In this document: piece after piece, positions 44,102 to 53,009 of the stretch
Position numbering within the stretch: position 1 is the stretch's first letter
Layout of the letters: the number at the start of each line of letters is the position of its first letter
NCBI GenBank assembly: GCA_963767925.1
Contig: CAVYGB010000008.1
Location: 1,312,001 to 1,376,000, forward strand
DNA: 64,000 bases
Direction of reading: 5' to 3'
Source: an uncultured delta proteobacterium
Lineage (GTDB): Bacteria > Myxococcota_A > Polyangia > Fen-1088
Translations under genes and position numbers: made by a program
The notes under the pieces: generated by a model
Told to the model about the DNA's origin: nothing
Seen by the model: only the letters and a program-made list of their open reading frames with translations
Database searches by the model: none

Positions 44102-44816
44102 GGGCTGGTCTCCCGGGCGCCGAAGATGGCGGTCCCCACCCGGACCAGGGTCGATCCCTGCGCGACCGCCACCTCGAGGTCGTGGCTCATGCCCATCGAC
44201 AGCTCCCGCAGCTCGACGTGTGCCCGGGGCTGCCGGGACTCGGCCTGGCGCAAGGTCTCGACGGCGGCGAAGTGCGGGCGGGCATCCTCGGGGTTTTCGG
44301 TGAGCGGGGGTATCAGCATGAGACCGACACAGCGCAGGTGGGGGAAGCGGGCGAACTGGTCGAGCAGGGCGGGCAGCCCGGCGGGCTCCACCCCCCGTTT
44401 CTGGGTCTCTTTTGCCACGTTGACCTGCACCAGACACGCCTGGATGTCGGTGCCGCCGGCCAGCCGGCGCTCCGTCTCCTCGAGCAGGGCGAGGCTGTCG
44501 AGGGTGTGGATGAGATCGACCTTTCCGGCCAGGTACTTGACCTTGTTGCTCTGGATCGGGCCGATGAAGTGCCAGCGGGGCGAGGGGCCGCCCCCCTCCG
44601 GCAGAGCGGCGCGCTTGTCCCGCAGCTCCTGGGCGTAGTTCTCGCCGAAGTCGACCTGCCCGCAGGCCAGCGCCGCGGCGACGTCGCCGGGCGGCTTGGT
44701 CTTGCTCACCGCCACCAGCCGCACCGACCCGGGGCTCGCCCGGCCGCCCGCTCGGCCCGGGCCAGCCGCTGGCGAACCCGCTCCAGGTTCTCCACGATCT
44801 CCTGCGCTCTCGTCAC
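44098..44816 (-). CDS. yggS: PLP homeostasis protein YggS (frameshift near 44740)
   Basis: LVAVSKTKP, FGENYAQE, WHFIGPIQSNKVK, GLM, LSMGMSHD, VRVGTAIFG. Confidence 0.93.
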
Positions 44817-45511
44817 GGGGTCGCCCCGAACCCCGGTGGCGGCCAGCCGGGCAGTCCACCCAGCGCGCGCAGGTCGGCCACCGCCTCGGACAGGGGGAGC
44901 CCCACGACGTTCGTGATCGAGCCCCGGATCTCGCTGGCGAACAGGGCGCCGATCCCCTGGATGGCGTACCCGCCGGCCTTGCCCTGCCACTCGCCCGAGG
45001 CGACGTAGGCCGCGACCTCCTCGCTGGCCAGCAGGCGGAACTTCACCACCGTGATCACCGTCCGCTCGGCCACCGCGCCCGCCCGCTCGATCCGGTAGGC
45101 GGTGATGACCTCGTGGCGCCGGCCGGACAGCGCGCCCAGCATGGCCGCCGCCTCGGCGGCGTCGGCGGGCTTGCCGAGGATGCGGCCCTCGAGGACGACG
45201 ATGGTGTCGGCGGCCAGCACCGGCAGCGGGGGGGCCCCGGCGCCGAGCCGCTCGAGGCAGGCGGCGCACTTCTCGGCCGCCATCCGGCGGACGTAGTCCA
45301 CCGGCCGCTCCCCGGAGTGGGGCGTCTCGTCGATGTCGGCGGGGGCGATCTGCAGGCGCAGCCCGACCCGCGCGAGCAGCTCGGCCCGCCGGGGAGAGGC
45401 GGAGGCCAGCACCAGATCGACCGGTCCAGGATCCCTCGGATGCGCGTTCGGATGTTCGCTGGGAGGATCGCTCGCAAGTCCGATCGGATGTCCGCTCGCA
45501 GGTTCGCTCAC
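44813..45511 (-). CDS. maf: Maf-family nucleoside triphosphate pyrophosphatase
   Basis: LASASPRRAELL, AADTIV, ILGKP, LSGRRH, GKAGGYAIQG, NVVGLPL. Confidence 0.93.
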   Translation of the reverse strand: MSEPASGHPIGLASDPPSEHPNAHPRDPGPVDLVLASASPRRAELLARVGLRLQIAPADIDETPHSGERPVDYVRRMAAEKCAACLERLGAGAPPLPVLAADTIVVLEGRILGKPADAAEAAAMLGALSGRRHEVITAYRIERAGAVAERTVITVVKFRLLASEEVAAYVASGEWQGKAGGYAIQGIGALFASEIRGSITNVVGLPLSEAVADLRALGGLPGWPPPGFGATP

Positions 45512-45620
45512 GAAGGGATGTCTAGCCGCTTTTTTTCAGCCCGTCGAACCTCCCCGACACACCCCGCGACCGCCATCCCGGCGGTGGCTGCCTCTGGCGG
45601 TTAGTGGTAGGAACTACGCG

Positions 45621-45698
45621 ATGTCTGGCCACGACCGCTGGTCCAAGATCAAGCACGAGTTCGAGCTCGACGAGCCGCCGGTCGGCGGCGCCAAGTAG
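45621..45698 (+). pseudogene. yebC: yebC/pmpR remnant (25 codons)
   Basis: MSGHDRWSKIKH matches the YebC N-terminus (MxGHSKWxxIKH); GGTAGGA RBS-like sequence upstream; sits directly upstream of ruvC, the usual yebC position. Confidence 0.7.
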
Positions 45699-46183
45699 TG
45701 GGAGCGGCGGCACCCGGTCGGCGGCGCATTCTGGGGCTGGATCCCGGGACGGTGCGGCTGGGCTACGGAGTCATCGACCACTTCGGCCAGGGCCGGCAGC
45801 AATACGTCGATTGTGGCGTGATCACCGCGCCGACGCGGGCCAGCCGCGATGCGCGCCTCTTGACCATCGGACGCGACCTGCGCGAGCTTCTGCGGGAGCT
45901 TTTGCCCGACGTGGTGGCGATGGAACAGGCTTTTCACGGGAAAAACGCGCAGGCGGCCCTGGCCCTGGGCGAGGCCCGGGGGGTGGCGCTGTTCGTGGCC
46001 CAGGAGCAGGGGCTGGAGGCGGTCGGCTATCCGCCCGCCCGGGTGAAGCTGACCGTGACCGGCCGAGGCGCGGCGACGAAGCTGCAGACCGCCTTCTTCG
46101 TGCGGGCCCTGCTCAAGCTCAGGCGGGCCCCCTCGGCCGATGCGGCCGACGCCCTGGCCATCGCCCTGTGCCACGCCCGCTGA
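45698..46183 (+). CDS. ruvC: Crossover junction endodeoxyribonuclease
   Basis: ILGLDPG, GYGVI, VAMEQAF, LGEARG, ADAADALAIALCH. Confidence 0.96.
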   Translation: MGAAAPGRRRILGLDPGTVRLGYGVIDHFGQGRQQYVDCGVITAPTRASRDARLLTIGRDLRELLRELLPDVVAMEQAFHGKNAQAALALGEARGVALFVAQEQGLEAVGYPPARVKLTVTGRGAATKLQTAFFVRALLKLRRAPSADAADALAIALCHAR

Positions 46184-46201
46184 CGAGGGGCGGCCGCCCA
46201 G

Positions 46202-46812
46202 ATGATCGCCCACCTGCGCGGCCTGCTGGCCGAACGGGGCCCGGAGGCCGTCGTGATCGACGTGGGCGGGGTGGGCTACGCCGTCACCGTCACGGCGGCG
46301 GCGTTTCGCGCGCTGCCGGCGACGGGCAGCGAGGTACGGCTTTACACCTATACCCACGCCGTCCAGGACGGCCCCCTGCAGCTCTTCGGGTTCGTCGACC
46401 CCGACGAGCGGCGGCTGTTCGAGGCCCTGCTCTCGGTCCAGGGCGTGGGCCCGAAGGTGGCGGTGGCCATCCTCTCGGGTCTGGCGGTCGGTGATCTGGT
46501 CCGGGCCATCGCCGGAGGAGACATCACCCGGCTCACCCAGATCCGCGGGGTGGGGCGCAAGATCGCCGAGCGGCTCGCGGTCGAGCTGCGCGATCGGATC
46601 GCGGCCCTGGGGGTGGGCGGCCGCTCGGCCGAGCCCCTCCCGTCGCCCGGGGCGCGCGCGATCCCCCCGGCCGGCTGGGCGAGGTGCACGGGGCCCTCGT
46701 CGCGCTCGGGTACCGGCCGGCCGAGTTCGAGGGCCTGCTCGGCGGCCTCGACGCGGAACGGCCCACCGCCGACCTCATCAAGCAGGCCCTCGCCGGGCTC
46801 CGGAGAAAGTAG
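46202..46812 (+). CDS. ruvA: Holliday junction branch migration protein (frameshift near 46665)
   Basis: [47 protein letters not shown]-terminal ALVALGY..IKQAL in another frame. Confidence 0.95.
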
Positions 46813-47915
46813 TGGCCCGCAAACGACACGACGACGGCAGCGAGCCTGGCCCGCCCGGCGGAGGAGCGGCGGCCCCGCCCGATCGCCTCCTCGCCCCCCA
46901 GGCCACCCCCGGCCGCGACGAGGACGACGCCGCCCTCCGGCCGAAGACCTTCGCGGAGTTCATCGGCCAGCGCAAGGTGGCCGAAAACCTCGCGGTCTAC
47001 GTGACCGCCGCCAAGAAACGGAGCGGAACGCTCGATCACGTCCTGCTGTCGGGGCCGCCCGGCCTCGGCAAGACAACGCTCGCCCACGTGATCGCTCACG
47101 AGCTCGGGAGCGAGACGCGGGTGACCTCCGGACCGGCGCTCGAGCGGAAGGGCGACCTGGCCGGGATCCTGACCTCGCTCGGCCGCGGCGACGTGCTGTT
47201 CATCGACGAGATCCACCGGCTCAGCCCGGTCATCGAGGAGAGCCTGTATCCCGCCATGGAGGACTATCGGATCGAGATCGTGACCGGGGCGGGCGCGGGG
47301 GCCGCGGCCATCACCGTGCCGGTCGAGCACTTCACCCTCGTGGGCGCCACCACCCGCACCGGCCAGCTCACCTCGCCCCTGCTGTCGCGGTTCGGGATCG
47401 TCGAGCGGTTCGACTACTACGGGGCCGAGGAGCTCACCGCCATCGTGAAGCGTTCGGCCCGCCTGCTGGGCATCGTCATCGACGAGGACGGAGCGCGCGA
47501 GCTGGGGCGCCGGGCTCGGGGAACCCCCCGCATCGCCAACCGGCTGCTGCACCGGGTGCGCGACTTCGCGGAGGTGCGCGGCGACGGCCGCGTCACGGCT
47601 CCCGCTGCTGACTATGCCCTCCGGCGCCTCGAGATCGACGAGCTGGGGCTCGACGCCGGCGACCGGCGGATGCTGACGACCATGATCGAGCGCTACGATG
47701 GCGGGCCGGTCGGCATCGAGGCCCTCGCCGCCTCCCTGGCGGAGGATCGCGACACGCTGGAGTACGTCTATGAGCCTTTTCTCATCCAGGAGGGCTTTCT
47801 CATCCGCACGCCGCGTGGTCGGCAGGCCACGGTGAAGGCCTACCAGCACCTGCGCCTGCCGCCGCCGACGCGCCCGCCCGGCGGCCAGGGTGGTGGGCAG
47901 GGCAGCCTTTTCTGA
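46812..47915 (+). CDS. ruvB: Holliday junction branch migration helicase
   Basis: [56 protein letters not shown]. Confidence 0.97.
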   Translation: MARKRHDDGSEPGPPGGGAAAPPDRLLAPQATPGRDEDDAALRPKTFAEFIGQRKVAENLAVYVTAAKKRSGTLDHVLLSGPPGLGKTTLAHVIAHELGSETRVTSGPALERKGDLAGILTSLGRGDVLFIDEIHRLSPVIEESLYPAMEDYRIEIVTGAGAGAAAITVPVEHFTLVGATTRTGQLTSPLLSRFGIVERFDYYGAEELTAIVKRSARLLGIVIDEDGARELGRRARGTPRIANRLLHRVRDFAEVRGDGRVTAPAADYALRRLEIDELGLDAGDRRMLTTMIERYDGGPVGIEALAASLAEDRDTLEYVYEPFLIQEGFLIRTPRGRQATVKAYQHLRLPPPTRPPGGQGGGQGSLF

Positions 47916-47968
47916 ATTTCAGCGGGCTCGTGTCTGTAACAAACCTGGCTTTCCGTGATGTTGGAAAG

Positions 47969-47977
47969 TTATCCACA
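47969..47977 (+). promoter_or_regulatory. Consensus DnaA box TTATCCACA
   Basis: Exact match in an AT-richer intergenic region; function unproven. Confidence 0.45.
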
Positions 47978-48045
47978 GGCTCGCTCTTGTTGCTTTCGGT
48001 CATCCTGACGACCCGCCAGAGGACCACGCCCAGGGACCGACCAAA

Positions 48046-48078
48046 GGGCGACGACGGGGCGACGACGGGGCGACGACG
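48046..48078 (+). repeat. Three perfect tandem 11-bp repeats GGGCGACGACG with degenerate flanking copies
   Basis: Read directly from the intergenic sequence. Confidence 0.85.
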
Positions 48079-48310
48079 AGGCGGCCAAAGGCAACGACAC
48101 ACCGGACCGAAACGAAACTGCAGGCTCGGTGAAAACAAGCCGAGAAATGCGTGTTCCGGTCCCAATATCTAGTAAGGTGCGACAATGCAGCGGGCGCGGT
48201 GCCACCATGCGCTCAGTCGGCCCCATTTGTCGCTCCATGAGCCGAAAAAAGGGAGGCGCGATCTCGCGCCTTCGATTCGTTTGCGGCCCTGGACATGATG
48301 GGAGAGGTCG

Positions 48311-49687
48311 ATGAGCCTTCTTGATCGCCTGTTCCGGAGGGAAGGAGACGAGAAAGAGCCTGAAGCTGAAGGGCAAGCGCAACCGAACCGCACGACGAGG
48401 CCCCCCAACTCCGAGCAAAAGCCCTCGCGAGGTGCCATGGCAAATTCCAGCCCACACAACCGGACGGCGCCCGAGGCGGTGCGTCCGGTGCCTTCGATGC
48501 CCCGGCCGCAGACTCCCGCTGCTCCACCGCCGGTGACGCGGACCTCGGGTCCGCCGAGGGGCATCGCCCCGCTGGGCCTGGCGCGCCCCTGGTCGCAGCG
48601 CAAGCGGCAACAGCGCGAGGACTCCGGCGCCAACGCCATCGCCTCGTTCATCGAGAAGGCGGTCGACGAGCTCGGCGATCCGGTGATCGATCGCGCCCTC
48701 GACAGCCTCGTCGATCGGACCCCGGTCAACAGCCCGCGCCCCAGCCACGACGGGGTCTCGACGCCGGTCGACCTGGCCGCCGTGCAGGCAACCTACCAGG
48801 AGCTGGCGATCGAATATTGCGCCCCCGTCCGCAACGTCATGATCGAGATTGGCCGGGCCGAGCCGCCGTTGAGCGTGCTCGACTTCGTGCGGCCCGCCAT
48901 CGAATGGCTGCAGGGCACCGCCCGGAAGATGGACCTGACGGAGCTGGCCGGATGCCTCGAGAGCTTCAGCGCGGCGCTGGCGGCCGCGTCACGGGCGACC
49001 CAGTCCACCATCCAGGGTGAGCTGAAGTGGAACCTGCAGCGGGCCTACGCGCCTCTGGTGGTTCACCTGCCCCAGGCCTTCGACATCGAGGGGGAGCGCG
49101 AGCGGCGCGAGCACATCATCCTCCGGTCGCTGCTGCTGCTGGTTCCCGGGGTCGACGCCATGGTCGTGGATCGGATCCTGGCCGCCGGCCTCAACACCCT
49201 GCAGACGCTGTCCAGGGCGCGCGCCGAGGAGCTGGCCGCCGTCGCGGGGCTGGATCGCGACCTGGCCGAGGGCATCGTGGAGGCGCTCCGCGCTGAACGC
49301 ACCGCCGCCGGCTTGAGCCTGGCGGTGGCCGACGTCTCCGAGGAGAAGAAACGCCTCAAGGCCCTCGTGACGAAGCTGTCGAGCGAGCACGAGGCTTTCG
49401 AGCGGGCCGGCCGGGGCTGGACCGAGGCGCACCGCGAGGAGAAGCGGCGCTTCCGCCAGGAGCGAGAGCTCACCTTCTTGCGGGTCAAGGTTGCGCTGGC
49501 CCGGCTCGGGGACGTCGACCGCATCGTCCGGCTCGAGAGGTTGCCTTTCGGCAGCAAGATCCAGGAGCTCGAGACGCAGATGCGGCTCGCGGCCAACGGC
49601 ACCGGGAGCGGGAGCGGGAGCGGGCGGGCTTCCGCCAGCCCACCGCCGCGGCCGGCGAGCGGATCTACGCGCCAGCGCGATACCTGA
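48311..49687 (+). CDS. Hypothetical protein with tandem helix-hairpin-helix motifs and coiled-coil C-terminus
   Basis: GGAGAGG RBS; Pro-rich N-terminus; LLLVPGVDAMVVDRILAAGL..EELAAVAGLDRDLAEGIVEAL. Confidence 0.75.
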   Translation: MSLLDRLFRREGDEKEPEAEGQAQPNRTTRPPNSEQKPSRGAMANSSPHNRTAPEAVRPVPSMPRPQTPAAPPPVTRTSGPPRGIAPLGLARPWSQRKRQQREDSGANAIASFIEKAVDELGDPVIDRALDSLVDRTPVNSPRPSHDGVSTPVDLAAVQATYQELAIEYCAPVRNVMIEIGRAEPPLSVLDFVRPAIEWLQGTARKMDLTELAGCLESFSAALAAASRATQSTIQGELKWNLQRAYAPLVVHLPQAFDIEGERERREHIILRSLLLLVPGVDAMVVDRILAAGLNTLQTLSRARAEELAAVAGLDRDLAEGIVEALRAERTAAGLSLAVADVSEEKKRLKALVTKLSSEHEAFERAGRGWTEAHREEKRRFRQERELTFLRVKVALARLGDVDRIVRLERLPFGSKIQELETQMRLAANGTGSGSGSGRASASPPPRPASGSTRQRDT

Positions 49688-49705
49688 ACGGAGGCCATTG
49701 GAATC

Positions 49706-50965
49706 ATGCCCGACCTGACACGCGATCAACTCCTGCAGAAGCTCAAGCGCGGCGAAAAACTCGAACGCGTCGATCTGCGCGGGCTGGATCTCTCGAAGAC
49801 CACCCTGGCGGGGGCCGCGCTGGCCCGCTCCGACCTGGATGGCGCCAACCTCGAAGGGGCCAATCTGCAGAAGGCCCGCCTGAAGAACGCCACGTTGCGC
49901 GAGGCGTTCCTGGTGGGCGCCGATCTCACGGGCGCGGTGCTCGAGAACGCCGATCTGGAGGGGGCCAAGCTCGACCGGGCCAACCTGTCAGGCGCCAACC
50001 TGGTCCGCGCCAACCTGGAAGGGGCCAGCATGCAGGGCGCGAACCTGAGCGGCGCCTGCCTCAGCTTCGCCCAGATCGCCTCGGCCACGCTCACGGGAGC
50101 GGACCTGCGTGGCGCGGTCCTCACCCACGCCGACCTCGAGCAGACCTGCCTGCGGGGGGCCAAGGCGGTGGGAGCCAACTTCTCGGGGGCCAGCCTGGAG
50201 TCGGCGGCCATCGAGCAGGGCGACTTCAGCGTCGCCGTGTTCAGCGACGCCAAGATGGCGAACCTGAAGGGGACCGGGGCCAGGCTCGGCGGAGCGTCGC
50301 TGCTGCGGGCGGACCTGACGAAGGCGGTCTTGCCGAAGGCCGACCTGCGAGAGGTCGACGCCCGGATGGCGAACTTCACCGGCGCGATCCTCACCGATGC
50401 CCGCCTCACGGGGGCCAAGATCTTCGGCCTGCGCGGCACCGGCGCTCCCCTGGGGAACGTCGAGGCGGAGTGGATCGATGCCAGCACGGCCGGCGACGGG
50501 GCCAAGCGGATCAGCAACGGCGAGATCAGCGCCTTGCTCAGCGGCGGCAGCCAGGGCGACCGCCAGGTGTCCGGGGGCCCCGGCCACCGCTATTTCGGCA
50601 AGGGCGACGTCCTCCGCAACGCCTCCCTCGCCTTCGAGCGGGGGGCCAACGTCGAGATCGACAGCTTCTTCCAGAACTGCTCCATCACCCTCGGCGAGGG
50701 CACCCAGCTCGTGCTCGGCAAAGACGGCGTGCTCGCCGACTGCAAGATCTCCGGTGGGGGAAAGATCGTCATCCACGGCCAGTTCTTCGAGCGCGAGAGC
50801 CCCGGCATCATCGGTCCCAGTGAGCTCACGGTGTCGGCCGACGGAGCGCTGGTGGCGGCGGTTGCCCAGAACGAGTCGCTCACCCGCTTCGCCTTCGAGA
50901 AGGGCTGCAAGCTCCGCGTCAGGATCCTCAAGAACGCGAACGTGAGCGCGAAAGGAAAGGTATGA
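49706..50965 (+). CDS. Pentapeptide-repeat protein with C-terminal bactofilin-like domain
   Basis: About 240 aa of A(N/D)LxG repeats; C-terminal YFGKGDVLRNASLAF..VEIDS..LVLGKDGVL..IVIHG..FEKGCKL follows the bactofilin pattern. Confidence 0.8.
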   Translation: MPDLTRDQLLQKLKRGEKLERVDLRGLDLSKTTLAGAALARSDLDGANLEGANLQKARLKNATLREAFLVGADLTGAVLENADLEGAKLDRANLSGANLVRANLEGASMQGANLSGACLSFAQIASATLTGADLRGAVLTHADLEQTCLRGAKAVGANFSGASLESAAIEQGDFSVAVFSDAKMANLKGTGARLGGASLLRADLTKAVLPKADLREVDARMANFTGAILTDARLTGAKIFGLRGTGAPLGNVEAEWIDASTAGDGAKRISNGEISALLSGGSQGDRQVSGGPGHRYFGKGDVLRNASLAFERGANVEIDSFFQNCSITLGEGTQLVLGKDGVLADCKISGGGKIVIHGQFFERESPGIIGPSELTVSADGALVAAVAQNESLTRFAFEKGCKLRVRILKNANVSAKGKV

Positions 50966-51474
50966 GCGACAGCACGAACGGCCGATCCGGGAAGCGAACG
51001 CTCGTCGACGAGGGCACGGAGCTCAAAGGCAGCGTGAAGTCGACCTGTCCGGTCGTCGTGATGGGTCGGGTCGAAGGTGATATCACCGGGCCGTCGGTCG
51101 AGATCGCGGAGAAGGGGACGGTCATCGGGAAGGTGAAGGCGACCCAGTTCACCTCGCACGGAGAGATGTTCGGAGAGATCGAGGCCGACAGCGTCGAGCT
51201 GTCTGGCAAGGTCCGGGACGGCACCGTCATCCGCGCGCGTTCGCTCGACATCAAGGTGAACCGCCAGGGCCCTCGGGAGCCCATCCAGTTCGGCGACTGC
51301 GAGCTGTTCATCGGCGACGAGCCCGACAAGGCCGCGGCCATCGCCCGGGCCACCGCGGCCAACCCGGAGCTCCGCAGCGAAGGTGCCGCGATGACCACCG
51401 AGGCGCCGGATCCCCGGCAGCTCAAGCGGGCCAAGGAAGCGGCCGCCTCCCTCGAACCGGCCGGCAAGAGCTGA
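50962..51474 (+). CDS. Bactofilin (polymer-forming cytoskeletal protein)
   Basis: TLVDEGTELKGSV..VVVMGRVEGDI..VEIAEKGTVIGKVKA..GEMFGEIEADSVEL; ATGA overlap. Confidence 0.88.
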   Translation: MSDSTNGRSGKRTLVDEGTELKGSVKSTCPVVVMGRVEGDITGPSVEIAEKGTVIGKVKATQFTSHGEMFGEIEADSVELSGKVRDGTVIRARSLDIKVNRQGPREPIQFGDCELFIGDEPDKAAAIARATAANPELRSEGAAMTTEAPDPRQLKRAKEAAASLEPAGKS

Positions 51475-51517
51475 CGAGACCGGTGCGGCCGGGCGCGGGA
51501 GGGCGCCCCGCAGTCCG

Positions 51518-52138
51518 TTATTGCCCCGCGATGGCCTTGAGGTAACCCTCGAGGCACTTGCGCTCGGCGTCGTTGACCGGGTCGAGCTTCGGCTCGAACC
51601 CGGCCTGAGGCGGCATGGTGATGCCGGTGTTCGAGGCGCCCGGGGGACAAACCGGCGGGCTGGCCGCCTGGACCTTCGCCCAGATCACGCTCTCCTGCCA
51701 GGCGGTCGAGTTGATCATCTTGCCCGGCTTGCAGGAGACGATCGGCGTCTTGTCCCGCATGCGCCGCCACACCTCGGCGGTCTGAAGGTCGCTCCAGATG
51801 TTCGCCGCTGCGATCACGTGGCAAGACATACCGGCCGCGCATCGGTTCGAGAAGAACTTGTCCATCTCGCCCAGGTTCGGCCACTGGGGGCAATCCGCGA
51901 CAGGCGTCGCCGCGTTCACGCCACCCGCGCCGCCCGTCGGGTCCCCGCCGCCGGTTCCGCCGGCCCCACCGGCGCCACCCACACTGCCCGCGCCCTCGCT
52001 GCAGATGGCCTGCCACTCGGGACTCTGGTCGCAAGGCAACTCGCCCGGCTGACAGGAGAGCCAACAGGCCGCCGACAACACGGCGACCGTGGCCCCCGCG
52101 CCGAGGCCACGCTTCTGTCGCAGTGGGGCGGTAGTCAT
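51518..52138 (-). CDS. Lipoprotein, putative atypical c-type cytochrome (CX5CH), paralog 2
   Basis: Lipobox WLSC, Gly-rich linker, RCAAGMSCH, ITMPP. Confidence 0.65.
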   Translation of the reverse strand: MTTAPLRQKRGLGAGATVAVLSAACWLSCQPGELPCDQSPEWQAICSEGAGSVGGAGGAGGTGGGDPTGGAGGVNAATPVADCPQWPNLGEMDKFFSNRCAAGMSCHVIAAANIWSDLQTAEVWRRMRDKTPIVSCKPGKMINSTAWQESVIWAKVQAASPPVCPPGASNTGITMPPQAGFEPKLDPVNDAERKCLEGYLKAIAGQ

Positions 52139-52221
52139 GGTACTACCTGGCTTTTCGGGGGCCAGGCAGCCGCCCTTGAGCGACTATTTGTCGAGAGGCC
52201 GATGAACGGCCGCGAGCGGGG

Positions 52222-52842
52222 CTATTTTCCGGTGACAGCTTTCAGGAAGCCTTCGAGACAGTTGAGCTCGGCCTGGTTGAGCGCGGCCATCTTGGGCTCG
52301 TAGGTCATCTGGGGCGGCATGCTCAGGCCCGCGGCGCCGGTTCCACCGGGGCAGGTAGCCGGGGACTGAACCTTCAGCCAGAGCACGCTGTCCCGCCAGT
52401 TGCCCCCGTTGGCGAGCTTGGAGCCGGCGCAGGAGACCTTGGCGTTCGAGGAGGCATCGGTGATGAGCCTCTGCCACATGCCGGTCTTCTGCATGTCCGT
52501 CCAGACCGCGCCGGTGGCGTGGCAGGTCGTGTTCACGCCACAACGCATGGCGAAGAACTTGTCCATGTCGCCCAGTGTCGGCCACTGCGCGCAGTTCGCG
52601 ACCGGCGTGGCGGCGTTCACCGCACCGCCCATTGGCGCAGGGGAAGGTGCGGGGGCAGGAGCGGGGGACGGGGCAGATCCACCCGACCCTCCGGTGGCCT
52701 GGTCGCAGACCGCTCTCCACTGTTCGTCCTGGTCACAAGGAAGCTCGCCCGGCTGGCAGGACAGCCAGATGGCGCTTCCGAAGATAAGGGCACCCACCAC
52801 CGTCCCGACACCCGCCGTGCGCTGCTGAGAGGCATGCTTCAT
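52222..52842 (-). CDS. Lipoprotein, putative atypical c-type cytochrome (CX5CH), paralog 1
   Basis: Lipobox WLSC, Pro/Ala linker, RCGVNTTCH, LSMPP; GGGAG RBS-like sequence. Confidence 0.65.
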   Translation of the reverse strand: MKHASQQRTAGVGTVVGALIFGSAIWLSCQPGELPCDQDEQWRAVCDQATGGSGGSAPSPAPAPAPSPAPMGGAVNAATPVANCAQWPTLGDMDKFFAMRCGVNTTCHATGAVWTDMQKTGMWQRLITDASSNAKVSCAGSKLANGGNWRDSVLWLKVQSPATCPGGTGAAGLSMPPQMTYEPKMAALNQAELNCLEGFLKAVTGK

Positions 52843-53009
52843 GTTTCGTCTCCCGAGGTCTGCGTTTTGGGGGCGGCCCCTGCGGCAGTGTGGGGGAAAA
52901 AACTACCACAGGTGTTCCCGCGAGGTATTCGACAAAAGTTAGTGAAACGAATCAGATCCAGTAGCCAAGTCCTTGAAGGGCCCGGACACCGCGCTGCGGC
53001 TCTCTATAT

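Noticed and set aside
47916..48310. Replication origin oriC
   Set aside because: Only one consensus DnaA box, no clear DNA-unwinding element, and no dnaA/dnaN/gidA context.
49706..50965. Qnr quinolone-resistance gene
   Set aside because: It is about twice Qnr length, has an extra C-terminal domain and lacks a mobile context. Pentapeptide repeats alone do not imply resistance.
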